From Candidatus Omnitrophota bacterium (GTDB lineage: Bacteria; Omnitrophota; Gorgyraeia; Gygaellales; Profunditerraquicolaceae), in assembly GCA_030650425.1 (NCBI GenBank), contig JAUSED010000008.1, positions 4,554 to 68,553 of the forward strand: a DNA stretch of 64,000 bases, written 5' to 3'. This document shows positions 36,228 through 45,747 of the stretch, one piece after another; positions within the stretch are counted from its first letter, which is position 1; every line of letters begins with the position of its first letter. Under the pieces are notes generated by a model, which worked only from the letters and a program-made list of their open reading frames with translations, was not told the origin of the DNA and searched no databases. Position numbers and translations under genes: made by a program.

Positions 36228-37475
36228 ATGGCTAAATATTCATATATTGCCCGGGATAAATCCGGAGCAAAGATTAACGGAAGCGAAGAAGGGGCGACGC
36301 AGGATGAAATCATCAACCGCCTGCAGGCAAAAGGCTTGGTAGTGGTTAACATCCTCGCTGAAAGCGCCGGAAAAGAAGCCTTAGCTCCTGCCGGATCTCC
36401 CGCGATGGTAAAAGTAAAATCCAGCCCTAAACACAATAGAATTAATAACGATGACCTTACCCTTTTTTGCCGCCAGTTAGCTACCCTGCTTGGCGCCGGA
36501 GTTACGATTTTAAAGAGCTTGGATATCATTTCACTGCAGGTTGCCAGCAAGCGCCTCTATTTGGTAATTAAGGATCTGGAGAAGAATATGGAAGCGGGAT
36601 TAAGTTTTCATGAGGCAATGGCCAAGCATCCTAAAGTTTTTCCAGAGTTGTGGATTCATTTGGTGGAGAGCGGAGAGGCTAGCGGTAATTTGGCGGTGAT
36701 CCTGTCGCGTTTAGCCAGTTACCTTGAAAGAAACGCGGCTTTTAAGAAGAAGATTGTCTCGGCATTGATTTATCCGGCGATACTTTTTATGGCAGGTATG
36801 TCCGCGCTTTTGTTTATGACGATTAAAATCATTCCTACCTTTGCCGAAATCTTTAGCGGTTTTAATATCAAGCTCCCTTTTTTAACCCTTATGTTGATTT
36901 ACGTAAGCAAGTTTATCCGGGGGTATTTCTTGATTATTATTCTTGGCATAGGCGCTGGAATTTGGTTTTTCCGCAAGTACACCTCAACTAAAGCCGGCAA
37001 GAAAAAATACGAAGAGTTCCTTTTGAAACTCCCGGTTTTAGGAGGGTTCTTCCACACTTTGGTTATTGAGCGTTTTACATCCGAGATGTCCACTTTAGTT
37101 GAGAGCGGCGTGCCGATACTTTATTCATTGGAGATAGCTGAACGCAGCGTGGGTAACCTTGTTTTGGGCGAGATTATTCGCAACATTAAGGAAGATGTGC
37201 GCGCGGGTAAGCCTTTGGGTCTCTCTTTAGAGAGGAGCAATTTCTTTGACCCGATGGCCGTGCAGATGGTTACTATCGGCGAAGAAATCGGAGAACTCTC
37301 TAATATGTTTAAGCGCCTGAATGCCTTTTATGAGGAATACTTAGACACCTTTTTAGTCCGCCTGACGTCTATGTTTGAGCCCTTTATGCTTATTTTTATG
37401 GGAGCGGTGATTGGGATAATGGTGATTGGGATGTTTCTGCCTATATTTGAGATTTCTCAGATAGGGGGAAAATAA
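36228..37475 (+). CDS. pilC: PilC/GspF inner-membrane platform protein
   Basis: FCRQLATLLGAGV, GEASGNL, SALIYP and GEEIGEL motifs. Confidence 0.92.
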   Translation: MAKYSYIARDKSGAKINGSEEGATQDEIINRLQAKGLVVVNILAESAGKEALAPAGSPAMVKVKSSPKHNRINNDDLTLFCRQLATLLGAGVTILKSLDIISLQVASKRLYLVIKDLEKNMEAGLSFHEAMAKHPKVFPELWIHLVESGEASGNLAVILSRLASYLERNAAFKKKIVSALIYPAILFMAGMSALLFMTIKIIPTFAEIFSGFNIKLPFLTLMLIYVSKFIRGYFLIIILGIGAGIWFFRKYTSTKAGKKKYEEFLLKLPVLGGFFHTLVIERFTSEMSTLVESGVPILYSLEIAERSVGNLVLGEIIRNIKEDVRAGKPLGLSLERSNFFDPMAVQMVTIGEEIGELSNMFKRLNAFYEEYLDTFLVRLTSMFEPFMLIFMGAVIGIMVIGMFLPIFEISQIGGK

Positions 37476-37476
37476 T

Positions 37477-37574
37477 GGGACCGTTTCTATTTTTCCCTAT
37501 TAGGGGACACTTTCCAACAGTCAGTAAACGCGTGTAGGAAAGTGTCCCCTGAACGAAAAAATAGAAACGGTCCC
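37477..37574. mobile_element. A>B nested element, pilin-associated subfamily
   Basis: Inner taggggacactttcc-aacagtcagtaaacgcgtgta-ggaaagtgtcccct; near-identical to 38992 and 45748. Confidence 0.9.
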
Positions 37575-37648
37575 AAGTTTTTCGGTAATAAAAATCCTTG
37601 CAATTTTTACAAATTGCATTATTATAGATTCAGGTATTATTTAAACTA

Positions 37649-37696
37649 GTCATTGCGAGGAGCCCCTGCGTTACGTCGGGGCGACGCGGCAATCTC
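37649..37696. repeat. CGTC-type element in the pilin 5' leader
   Basis: gtcattgcgaggag...gcgacgcggcaatctc, ending just before SD GGAGG. Confidence 0.8.
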
Positions 37697-37709
37697 AAAA
37701 GGAGGAGAG

Positions 37710-38090
37710 ATGAAAAGGAATAGAAAGGGTTTTACCTTAATCGAGTTGATCATCGTCATTGTAATTATCGGCATCTTGGCGGTTGTCGCTATACCAAAAT
37801 ATTTCGCTAATATTACAACTTCCCGAAAAGCCGCAACATTGCAAAGTTTGCACGCAATTAGCGAAGGCGTTAACGCGTATTTTTCAGCCACTGGAGTTGA
37901 GCTTGCAGATAAAGCAGCGGGAAGTTTCATCGAAACTACTATTGATGGGCAGGTGGTACATTCAGTTGGGTTACCAACCGGTTATAGTTACACAGCGGCC
38001 ACACATACGATTGCCTCTCCTGCGGTAACAGGATGTGGTATTTGTACAATGAATTCTCAGACAGGTGCTTATAGTTGCGCTAGCTGTTAG
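37710..38090 (+). CDS. Type IV pilin
   Basis: RKG|FTLIELIIVIVIIGILAVVAIP; C-terminal Cys residues; SD GGAGG. Confidence 0.9.
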   Translation: MKRNRKGFTLIELIIVIVIIGILAVVAIPKYFANITTSRKAATLQSLHAISEGVNAYFSATGVELADKAAGSFIETTIDGQVVHSVGLPTGYSYTAATHTIASPAVTGCGICTMNSQTGAYSCASC

Positions 38091-38109
38091 TAAATTTATT
38101 TGTTTAAGA

Positions 38110-38508
38110 ATGTTTAAGAATATAAGAAATATTGAAAATGGTTTTACGTTAATAGAATTAATAATTGTAGTGGCAATTGTGCTTGCGTTGTCAAGTATTG
38201 CTATAGTTAAGTATGGGAATATTACTGAAAAAGCGCGTTCTGCCGAAGCCTACGCGGTATTGGCTGATATTGCTGCTTCGGAGGTCAGTTATTCAATAGA
38301 ACATAATGACGCTTACACTGGAACTTGGTCAGATTTAGATAGGTATAATGCTGCGCCGGCAAGCGAGAATTTTACCTTTTTTCTTGCCGACGCGGTTAGC
38401 AGCGGGTATGTCAATGCCGCGCATATCACAGGCAGGGGAACAGTGGATTATTATATGTGCATAAGGGGAGGAGAGCGGGGGACCATCGTTCCGACAAATT
38501 GCCCATGA
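38110..38508 (+). CDS. Type IV pilin (PilE-like)
   Basis: NG|FTLIELIIVVAIV...KARSAEA. Confidence 0.85.
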   Translation: MFKNIRNIENGFTLIELIIVVAIVLALSSIAIVKYGNITEKARSAEAYAVLADIAASEVSYSIEHNDAYTGTWSDLDRYNAAPASENFTFFLADAVSSGYVNAAHITGRGTVDYYMCIRGGERGTIVPTNCP

Positions 38509-38984
38509 GAAATGTAAAAAAAGGGGACGGTTCTATTTTTCCGGCGTTAGACTCAAGAAAAATAGAACCGTCCCCTTTTTTCCAGTTGGCGCGGGGGTTT
38601 ACTCTCATCGAGCTTATCTTGGTGGTTACGGTGATTATTACGCTGGCTTTAATTGCTATTCCCAACTATAATAAGTCAAAAGACAGGGCGATAGAAAAGG
38701 AAGGTATTTCTAACGTCAGGCTGATAGCCGCGGCTGAGAGAATATACAAGATGGAAAGCAGCGCTAATGTTTATGTTGCTTGTGCTAATGCCACTACTTG
38801 TAATACAGCGCTTAATTTGAATTTGAACGCGACTAACTGGAGTTACAAAGTTGAGCTTGCTTCAGGTTCAGGGGTCGCGACCATAACCGCTACTGGATCT
38901 GCTGTCTCTGGTTGTAGCTATACCTTGACGAGCGCCAATTTTGATGCAGAACCAACAGTACCAGCAGGCTCAAGCTGCCCTTAG
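38505..38984 (+). CDS. Type IV pilin (PilE-like) with a palindrome in its leader peptide
   Basis: ATG overlaps the upstream stop; RG|FTLIELILVV. Confidence 0.85.
   Translation: MRNVKKGDGSIFPALDSRKIEPSPFFQLARGFTLIELILVVTVIITLALIAIPNYNKSKDRAIEKEGISNVRLIAAAERIYKMESSANVYVACANATTCNTALNLNLNATNWSYKVELASGSGVATITATGSAVSGCSYTLTSANFDAEPTVPAGSSCP
38517..38581. mobile_element. Family A' element (GGGGACGGTTCTATTTTT), in-frame
   Basis: 24-bp perfect IR aaaaaaggggacggttctattttt / aaaaatagaaccgtcccctttttt. Confidence 0.9.
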
Positions 38985-38991
38985 GAAAAAA

Positions 38992-39093
38992 GGGACCGTT
39001 TCTATTTTTCCCTGTTAGGGGACATTTTCCAACAGCCAGTAAACGCGTGTAGGAAAGTGTCCCCTTAGACTCTAGAAAAATAGAAACGGTCCC
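38992..39093. mobile_element. A>B nested element, pilin-associated subfamily
   Basis: Same structure and spacer as 37477 and 45748. Confidence 0.9.
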
Positions 39094-39112
39094 ATGTTTC
39101 CCTTAGCTTAGT

Positions 39113-39469
39113 ATGAATAAAAAAGCCCTTAGCTTACTAGAAATTATTATTTCCACGGTAATTCTGTCATTAGTGATTACCGGCTTGGTTAATGTTTTTG
39201 TAGCGGGGAAGCAATATATCCAGCATAGTCGTCTGCGCATGGCTGGTGGAGAGATAGGAAAGTTTTTTCTCGATCCTTTGCAGCAGTATGTCCGCCAGGA
39301 TACCTGGGATGCCAGTTGTTTTGGCACGAATAAGGTTATAGCCAATTGTCCAAATGTTCCCTCTACAAGCAACCCTTACACCACCGCTTATTCTATCAGC
39401 GACCTTAGCGCTGATACCAATATCAAGAAAGTAAAAGTAACAATCACCTGGCCCAGTCCCGGCTCCTGA
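39113..39469 (+). CDS. PilV/GspI-like minor pilin
   Basis: KA|LSLLEIII; C-terminal KKVKVTITW. Confidence 0.75.
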   Translation: MNKKALSLLEIIISTVILSLVITGLVNVFVAGKQYIQHSRLRMAGGEIGKFFLDPLQQYVRQDTWDASCFGTNKVIANCPNVPSTSNPYTTAYSISDLSADTNIKKVKVTITWPSPGS

Positions 39470-39474
39470 CCCCA

Positions 39475-40092
39475 ATGTTTTCTAAGCCCCTTAAATCCGT
39501 TACCCTGATCGAATTAATCATCGCCATAATCTTGCTCGCGGTAATTATCTTAGGGGTCAACAATATCGGCATCTTCAGCCGCTATCAGGTTGTTTCTTCG
39601 GACCGCCGGGCCAAACTGCAAAATGATGTTTCACGCTGCCTTGAGCATATGACAAAGTATCTTTCTACGGCAATAGGCAATGAGGAGGTGCCTTTGGGAG
39701 AGGATACGGTGGTCTATTTCAAAGAGAACTCTCCCCGCACCATCCTGTCTGTTTTTACGGATGCCAATAGCAATGGTTTAATAGATTCAGGGGGAGCGGA
39801 TTATTGGATTGGGTATAAATTTGACGATTCCACTCATAAATTTACTTATTGTAGCCAATGCCAAAACCGGGCATGCGTGGCATGCTCCGTTACTGAGGAT
39901 GCATTAGCGAACAATATAACCGCATTTTCTGCCTCTAAAAGTGGTACTCCAGCTAACGATTTCTCTAAAGGTAACTATATAAACCTTGGCCTAACTGCTT
40001 GTTGGGATCCTGCTGGGAGCTGTAATACCCCCGATAACCCCAGTGTTACTATGTCTACTAGTATCAGTCTGCCTTCAGTCGCCACCAATTAA
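39475..40092 (+). CDS. PilW/GspJ-like minor pilin
   Basis: KS|VTLIELIIAIILLAVI; Cys-rich body. Confidence 0.75.
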   Translation: MFSKPLKSVTLIELIIAIILLAVIILGVNNIGIFSRYQVVSSDRRAKLQNDVSRCLEHMTKYLSTAIGNEEVPLGEDTVVYFKENSPRTILSVFTDANSNGLIDSGGADYWIGYKFDDSTHKFTYCSQCQNRACVACSVTEDALANNITAFSASKSGTPANDFSKGNYINLGLTACWDPAGSCNTPDNPSVTMSTSISLPSVATN

Positions 40093-40098
40093 AACCTG

Positions 40099-40851
40099 GG
40101 GGACGCTCCCCAAGGTGCCAGCCTACTTCTAATTTCAGGTATTTTCTTAAAAAAATTTCGTTAGATTTGCTGCCTTCATGCGTCTATTAATAGTGAGGAG
40201 GTGGTAAATATGTCAAGGAGACAAAGGTTAGTTTTTGAGAGGTCATACTACCATGTTTTTACCAGGGGAAATGACCGCAAGCGGATTTTTAGAAAGGAAG
40301 CAGATTATCAGGTTTTTCTTTCGATAATCAGGAAGTACTTGGAGAAATTCCAGATCTCCATAACAAACTATTGCCTTATGCCTAATCATTTGCATTTGCT
40401 TATTTTTATTGAGACAGGTGGAGAATTGTCTAAGTTTATGAAAGCCGTCTTGCAGGTATATGCCAATTACCATAGGAAAGAATATGGCTCAACCGGGTTT
40501 CTCTATCAAAATAGGTTCAAAAGTTTATTGATCAAGGAGGAGAGTTATTTAATCGAGTGCGCTAGATACATAGAAAGAAATCCATTAAGAGCAAAATTAG
40601 TAAGCGATATTTTTGCTTGGCCATGGAGCAGCCTTTCTTACTATGCAAAAGGAATTAAAGATGGTATAATTACGAAAGTAAATCCGATTTTTGAGGCTTT
40701 GGCAGATACACCCGTGGAGAGAAGAGAAGCCTATATCAAGTATGTCTTACAGGAAAGAGCATATGAACAAATTCTTGATAAAGAATTTGACATAAAATAA
40801 CTTAAAATAGTCGAAAATACGTTGTAGAGTGTCCCTTTGGGGAGCGTCCCC
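40099..40851 (+). mobile_element. Y1/HUH tyrosine transposase unit bounded by 15-bp inverted ends
   Basis: ggggacgctccccaa (40099-40113) and ttggggagcgtcccc (40837-40851) are exact reverse complements flanking the gene. Confidence 0.8.
40210..40800 (+). CDS. REP-associated-type tyrosine transposase (Y1_Tnp, HUH)
   Basis: YHVFTRGN, YCLMPNHLHLL (HUH), QNRF and RYIERNP motifs; SD GAGGAGG. Confidence 0.92.
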   Translation: MSRRQRLVFERSYYHVFTRGNDRKRIFRKEADYQVFLSIIRKYLEKFQISITNYCLMPNHLHLLIFIETGGELSKFMKAVLQVYANYHRKEYGSTGFLYQNRFKSLLIKEESYLIECARYIERNPLRAKLVSDIFAWPWSSLSYYAKGIKDGIITKVNPIFEALADTPVERREAYIKYVLQERAYEQILDKEFDIK

Positions 40852-40881
40852 AAGCTCAAGCTTTACAGATTGATAATTGTA

Positions 40882-40910
40882 TTGACAAAGTGTAAATTAT
40901 ACTATATACT
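40882..40910 (+). promoter_or_regulatory. Near-consensus sigma70 promoter, leaderless geometry
   Basis: TTGACA-17 nt-TATACT, 6 nt before ATG 40917, no SD. Confidence 0.75.
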
Positions 40911-40916
40911 TTTATC

Positions 40917-42080
40917 ATGATAAAACGAACCATTTCGGAAAAGATTCTTCATTACGCGCGCCGTTATCCGGTCGTTACTCTTACAGGGCCGCGCCAGTCC
41001 GGGAAGACGACTTTATGCAAGGCGTTATTCCCAAAAAAGAAGTATTTTTCCCTTGAGAACATCGACATACGCGATTACGCCAGGACCGACCCGAGGTCTT
41101 TTTTAAACGAGTGCCTCGAAGATGGGGCGGTTATCGATGAAATACAGCGGGTTCCGGAACTGGTTTCATATATTCAGGAAATAGTGGACACAAAAGACAG
41201 GCCGGGCCTTTTCGTTTTGACAGGAAGCCAGAATTTCCATCTTTTGGATACGGTCAGTCAAAGCCTTGCCGGCAGGACTGCCTTGGCTGTTCTTTTACCC
41301 TTTTCATATAACGAGATCTATACTAACAAGATAGTCTCTATAGATAAACTTCTTTTTACAGGCTTTTACCCGCGCATTCACGATAAAAGGCTCAATCCTG
41401 CTGAAGCGCTTTCTTTTTATGTCAGCACATATCTGGAGCGCGATATCCGCGCGCTGATTAACGTTAAGGATCTCGCGAAATTCGAGAAATTCCTTAAATT
41501 ATGCGCCGGAAGAACGGCTCAGATCATAAATTTGTCAAATCTTGCTAATGATTGCGGAGTCAATCATAACACCGTCAAAAGTTGGTTAGGCGTGCTTGAG
41601 GCAAGCTACGTGATATTTTTTGTGCGGCCGCATCACGCCAATTTCGGCAAGCGGCTGATTAAAGCTCCGAAACTATATTTTACCGATTGCGGGCTTGCCG
41701 CGCATCTTTTGGATATTCAAAACGCCAAGCATATCGTCCATCATCCGTTAAAAGGCGCTTTATTCGAGAATTTCGCGGTTGCCGAGCTTCTGAAGGCGCG
41801 GACAAACCAAGGTAAAAACAGCAATATTTATTTCTTTCGCGACAATATCGGTAACGAGGTTGATATCCTTCTTGAGAATGGCGCGACTCTCCGGCCGGTT
41901 GAGATAAAGCTTGGAATGACCATAAGCGACGATTATTTTAAAGGCCTGCGCTATTATCAAAAGATTAATCAGAAGAATGCTGTCAAACCAGCATTGATAT
42001 ATGGTGGCAATGAAGACCAGCGCCGCGGAGTGTTTGATATATTCAGCTATAGAAATGCGGAAAAGATTAATCTTACGTAA
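40917..42080 (+). CDS. AAA+ ATPase with DUF4143-like and C-terminal PD-(D/E)xK-like domain
   Basis: [33 protein letters not shown] and EVD...VEIK. Confidence 0.88.
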   Translation: MIKRTISEKILHYARRYPVVTLTGPRQSGKTTLCKALFPKKKYFSLENIDIRDYARTDPRSFLNECLEDGAVIDEIQRVPELVSYIQEIVDTKDRPGLFVLTGSQNFHLLDTVSQSLAGRTALAVLLPFSYNEIYTNKIVSIDKLLFTGFYPRIHDKRLNPAEALSFYVSTYLERDIRALINVKDLAKFEKFLKLCAGRTAQIINLSNLANDCGVNHNTVKSWLGVLEASYVIFFVRPHHANFGKRLIKAPKLYFTDCGLAAHLLDIQNAKHIVHHPLKGALFENFAVAELLKARTNQGKNSNIYFFRDNIGNEVDILLENGATLRPVEIKLGMTISDDYFKGLRYYQKINQKNAVKPALIYGGNEDQRRGVFDIFSYRNAEKINLT

Positions 42081-42094
42081 GATTTAACTTCTAT

Positions 42095-42167
42095 GGGGCT
42101 GTAGCTCAGCTGGGAGAGCGCCTCGTTCGCAACGAGGAGGCCAGGAGTTCGATCCTCCTCAGCTCCA
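42095..42167 (+). tRNA. tRNA-Ala (anticodon CGC), CCA not encoded
   Basis: Acceptor stem ggggctg/cagctcc with G3:U70; anticodon arm cctcg-tt-CGC-aa-cgagg; T loop ttcgatc. Confidence 0.95.
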
Positions 42168-42180
42168 CTTTCATATAAAA

Positions 42181-43671
42181 ATGATAAGAGATAAACGTTT
42201 CGCCCTCGCAATGGCTGGGGTTAGTATTTGTATTTTTTGTTTTGGGTTTTGCCATTTATTATGCGCCGAAAATATTAAAGAACCCTGCGTTGCCGGCACA
42301 TTTTATCCCGCGAGCCCACAAGAGCTTTCTCAGATGGTTGATAACTATCTGGAAGAGGCTAACCCTGAAAAACCAAGCGGTGAAATCTTCGGCTTAATCT
42401 CTCCGCACGCCGGCTACGGTTATTCAGGCAAGGTTGCCGCCTTCGGCTATAAACTTATTAAAAATCAGCCGTATAAAACAGTAGTGATTTTGGGGACAAG
42501 CCACCATTATCCTTTTAGCGGAGCTTCAGTTTATCCCGATGGAGTATTTAAAACTCCGCTTGGCGCGATTACCATAGACGATAAATTTACCCAAAAACTG
42601 CTTAATCGGAATAAGGACGTATACTTTGCTCCGGAGGCATTTAGGGAAGAGCATAGCGTGGAAGTCCAGCTGCCATTCTTACAAAAAACACTTAATCACT
42701 TCAAGATTGTGCCGATAGTTATCGGCGATTGTTCTTTGTCGGCCTGCCAGTCGCTCGCGTCCTTGCTTAAAGAGGCGATTGGTGAGCGCAGAGATGTTTT
42801 GGTGGTTGTTTCTACCGATATGTATCATGGTTACGATTATGATGAGGCCAATAAAATCGACGTGCTTACCCTCGCCGCTATCAAAAATATGGATGCCGAA
42901 GCCCTTTATTGGGCCTTGCGCGACGAAAAGATGCAGCTCTGCGGCGGATTTGGCGTGGTGACGGCATTGATTTTAGCCAAAGGCCTGGGCCATGATCAAA
43001 TAAGCGTATTGAAACATACAAATTCCGCAGAAGTTACCGGTAACCAGAAGAAGGGGATCTGGACCGTCGGATATGCAAGTTGTGTGATTGACCAGCCAAA
43101 GGGAGAAAAGGCTATGTTAAATAAAGCTCAGAGAAAAAGATTGCTTGAAATCGCGCGCAGCGCAATCGAAACTTATCTAAAAACCGGTAAGAAGCCGCAG
43201 TTGAACGAGACCGATCCGTTGCTTTTAAAGACGATGGGGGCTTTTGTTACCCTGAAGAAACACACAGAGCTGCGTGGTTGCATTGGAAATCTCGTAGGTG
43301 AAAAGGCTTTATATTCTACGGTGAGCGATATGGCGGTTGAAGCTGCGACAGAGGATTACCGTTTTCGTTCTCACCCGGTAGAATTATCCGAACTTAAAGA
43401 TATCGAAATCGAAATTTCTGTTTTATCTCCGATGGTAAAAATTGATAATCCTGATCAAATCAAGCTTGGAACACACGGTGTTTTGATACGTAACGGCCCT
43501 AGGAGCGGAGTATTTCTTCCTCAGGTAGCCACTGAAACAGGCTGGTCAAAAGATGAATTTATGTCTAATCTGTGCATCCACAAAGCTGGCTTAGATGCAG
43601 ACGCTTGGAAAGACAAGTCTACCGAAATCTATATCTTTACTGCCGAAGTATTTTCAGAGAAAGACAAATGA
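42181..43671 (+). CDS. AmmeMemoRadiSam protein B (MEMO1-like) fused to protein A (AMMECR1-like)
   Basis: [15 protein letters not shown] and [11 protein letters not shown]; then GAFVTL, LRGCIG and VFLPQVA. Confidence 0.9.
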   Translation: MIRDKRFALAMAGVSICIFCFGFCHLLCAENIKEPCVAGTFYPASPQELSQMVDNYLEEANPEKPSGEIFGLISPHAGYGYSGKVAAFGYKLIKNQPYKTVVILGTSHHYPFSGASVYPDGVFKTPLGAITIDDKFTQKLLNRNKDVYFAPEAFREEHSVEVQLPFLQKTLNHFKIVPIVIGDCSLSACQSLASLLKEAIGERRDVLVVVSTDMYHGYDYDEANKIDVLTLAAIKNMDAEALYWALRDEKMQLCGGFGVVTALILAKGLGHDQISVLKHTNSAEVTGNQKKGIWTVGYASCVIDQPKGEKAMLNKAQRKRLLEIARSAIETYLKTGKKPQLNETDPLLLKTMGAFVTLKKHTELRGCIGNLVGEKALYSTVSDMAVEAATEDYRFRSHPVELSELKDIEIEISVLSPMVKIDNPDQIKLGTHGVLIRNGPRSGVFLPQVATETGWSKDEFMSNLCIHKAGLDADAWKDKSTEIYIFTAEVFSEKDK

Positions 43672-43694
43672 AAAATAGAAACGGTCCCAAGTTT
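43671..43694. repeat. Family A solo right arm
   Basis: aaaaatagaaacggtcccaagttt. Confidence 0.8.
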
Positions 43695-43709
43695 CCCCAG
43701 GTATTTAAA

Positions 43710-44495
43710 ATGCATAGATTCTTTTGTACAACTTCAGATATCACAAGTACCGAAATAATCATTAAGGATAAAGAACAGGCGCACCATATAAGAGATGTCC
43801 TCAGGCTTAAGCCGGGTAAACAGGTGGAGGTATTTGATGAAAAGGGAAATGAATATAGCTGCGAGATTCGCGAAATAAAAGATAAAATCTATCTTGAGAT
43901 TAAAAATAAAATTGCCGCCGATAAAATAAGCCAGAGAATAAAACTAACTGTAGCTTGCGCCCTGCCCAAGAAGTCTAAGCTAGACGATATCATTGATAAA
44001 CTTGTCCAGTTGGGAGTACACAGGATCATCCCGTTAAAAACAGAACGCGTAATCGTTAAGTTAGATAAATATAAAGAAGCAGGCCGGCTTGAGCGCTGGA
44101 GAAAAATCGCGCTTAGCGCCGCCAAACAAAGTAAGAGAAATGACTTACCTGTAATTGAGCCGGTTCAGGATTTACAAAAGGTTATCGCGCGATCGCAAGA
44201 ATTTGATTTAAAGCTTATACCGTATTTAGGAGGAGAGCGTAAAAATCTAAAGGATGTTTTAGATAAATTCTTAAAAAAAGGGGACGGTTCTATTTTTTCG
44301 GCATCAGACTCTAGAAAAATAGAACCGTCCCCTTGTTTTTTAATTCTTATCGGCCCGGAAGGAGATTTCTCTGAAGCAGAGGTAAAGCTAGCCGTAGCCG
44401 CGGGATTTATTCCGGTAACCCTTGGTGATTTAGTTTTACGCGTGGATACCGCGGCCATCGCGGCGGCCAGCTTCATTACTATGTACACCTCGTAG
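43710..44495 (+). CDS. rsmE: 16S rRNA m3U1498 methyltransferase, with in-frame element
   Basis: HHIRDVLRL, AAKQS, IGPEGDF and LGDLVLRVDTA; alternative coupled start at ATG 43668. Confidence 0.92.
   Translation: MHRFFCTTSDITSTEIIIKDKEQAHHIRDVLRLKPGKQVEVFDEKGNEYSCEIREIKDKIYLEIKNKIAADKISQRIKLTVACALPKKSKLDDIIDKLVQLGVHRIIPLKTERVIVKLDKYKEAGRLERWRKIALSAAKQSKRNDLPVIEPVQDLQKVIARSQEFDLKLIPYLGGERKNLKDVLDKFLKKGDGSIFSASDSRKIEPSPCFLILIGPEGDFSEAEVKLAVAAGFIPVTLGDLVLRVDTAAIAAASFITMYTS
44278..44334. mobile_element. Family A' element, in-frame inside rsmE
   Basis: aaggggacggttctattttt / aaaaatagaaccgtcccctt; near-identical to 38517-38581. Confidence 0.9.
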
Positions 44496-44505
44496 GTGTA
44501 CATAG
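44479..44505. repeat. Family E palindrome containing the rsmE stop codon
   Basis: ctatgtacacct-cgt-aggtgtacatag. Confidence 0.8.
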
Positions 44506-44515
44506 GTTTACTTGT

Positions 44516-45733
44516 ATGCCTACCGTAAAATTTCATACCTTAGGTTGTAAAGTCAATCAATACGATACTCAAAGTATCAGAGAACGTTTTTTGGAACAGG
44601 GATTCAGGGAAATCCGCGGCCGGGCTAAGCCAGCGGATTTCTACTTGATCAATACCTGTACCGTAACAGCGGTGGCCGACCAGAAATCCCGCGGAATTAT
44701 CCGGCGCTCGATTAAGGAAAACCCCAAAGCCAAAATAATCGTTACCGGATGCCTGGTTAAACAAGATAACGCTAAATTAGCTAAGCTAAAAGGCGTGAGT
44801 CTCATTATAAGCAAAAGTTTTTTTAGCGAAGGTATAAGCGATTTCTGCTCGCATACGCGAGCTTTCTTAAAAATTCAAGATGGTTGCGATAATTTTTGCT
44901 CTTATTGTAAAGTACCTTTGGCGCGCGGCAGGTCAAGAAGCAAACACTTAAATGACCTGATCAAGGAAGCCAATCGTTTGAGCGATAAAGGCTTTAAAGA
45001 GATTGTGCTTACCGGGATCTGTTTAGGCGCCTATGGCCGGGATTTAAGCCCAAAAATAGATTTAGTCAAGGCGATAGACGCGTTGGAAAAGATCGATGGA
45101 ATCTTGAGAATCAGGTTAAGTTCGATCGAGGCAGGGGATGTTACGGAAGCCTTAATCAACAAAATAGCCAAATCGCATAAGCTCTGCCGGCATCTGCATA
45201 TTCCTATTCAAAGCGGCAATGATCAAATCTTGAAAAAAATGCGGCGCAGATACACGCGCAAATTTTATCTTAAGCTGATCAAAAAAATAAGAAATAAAAT
45301 TCCAGAGGCGGCTATTACTACGGATTGCCTGATTGGTTTTCCGGGAGAGCTCCAGAAACATTTTCGGGATACCCTAGATTTAGTGAAGCGTATCTTACCG
45401 TTAAAAGTGCATATCTTTCCTTATTCGGCAAGAGAAGGGACCACTGCCTATTTAGAGCCGGCTTTTGGCTCCTTATCAGCGAAGGATATTAAAGAGCGTA
45501 TCATCAGCCTTAAGAATGTCGCTCGTTCTTGCTCTCAAGATTATCAGAAACGTTTTCTTGGAAGAGCGCTGCCTGTTCTCTTTGAAGGCAATTCCAAAGA
45601 AAAAAAAGATTATTGGGAAGGTTATACCGATAATTATATCAAGGTTTTATTTAAGTCCCGGCGGATTTTAAAAAATAAACTTGTTTGCGTCAAGCTTGAA
45701 AGTATTATTGGAGATTATGTTATAGCTGCTTAA
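44516..45733 (+). CDS. mtaB: tRNA t6A37 methylthiotransferase (radical SAM)
   Basis: TLGCKVNQYD, INTCTVT, QDGCDNFCSYC and HIFPYSAREGT. Confidence 0.9.
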   Translation: MPTVKFHTLGCKVNQYDTQSIRERFLEQGFREIRGRAKPADFYLINTCTVTAVADQKSRGIIRRSIKENPKAKIIVTGCLVKQDNAKLAKLKGVSLIISKSFFSEGISDFCSHTRAFLKIQDGCDNFCSYCKVPLARGRSRSKHLNDLIKEANRLSDKGFKEIVLTGICLGAYGRDLSPKIDLVKAIDALEKIDGILRIRLSSIEAGDVTEALINKIAKSHKLCRHLHIPIQSGNDQILKKMRRRYTRKFYLKLIKKIRNKIPEAAITTDCLIGFPGELQKHFRDTLDLVKRILPLKVHIFPYSAREGTTAYLEPAFGSLSAKDIKERIISLKNVARSCSQDYQKRFLGRALPVLFEGNSKEKKDYWEGYTDNYIKVLFKSRRILKNKLVCVKLESIIGDYVIAA

Positions 45734-45747
45734 AACACGGAAAACAC

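Noticed and set aside
37477-40092. Pilin block as an integron cassette array or shufflon
   Set aside because: No tyrosine recombinase in the window; the hairpins lack attC-type ends and there are no inverted partial cassettes
40099-42167. Genomic island integrated at tRNA-Ala
   Set aside because: No integrase and no duplicated tRNA end seen
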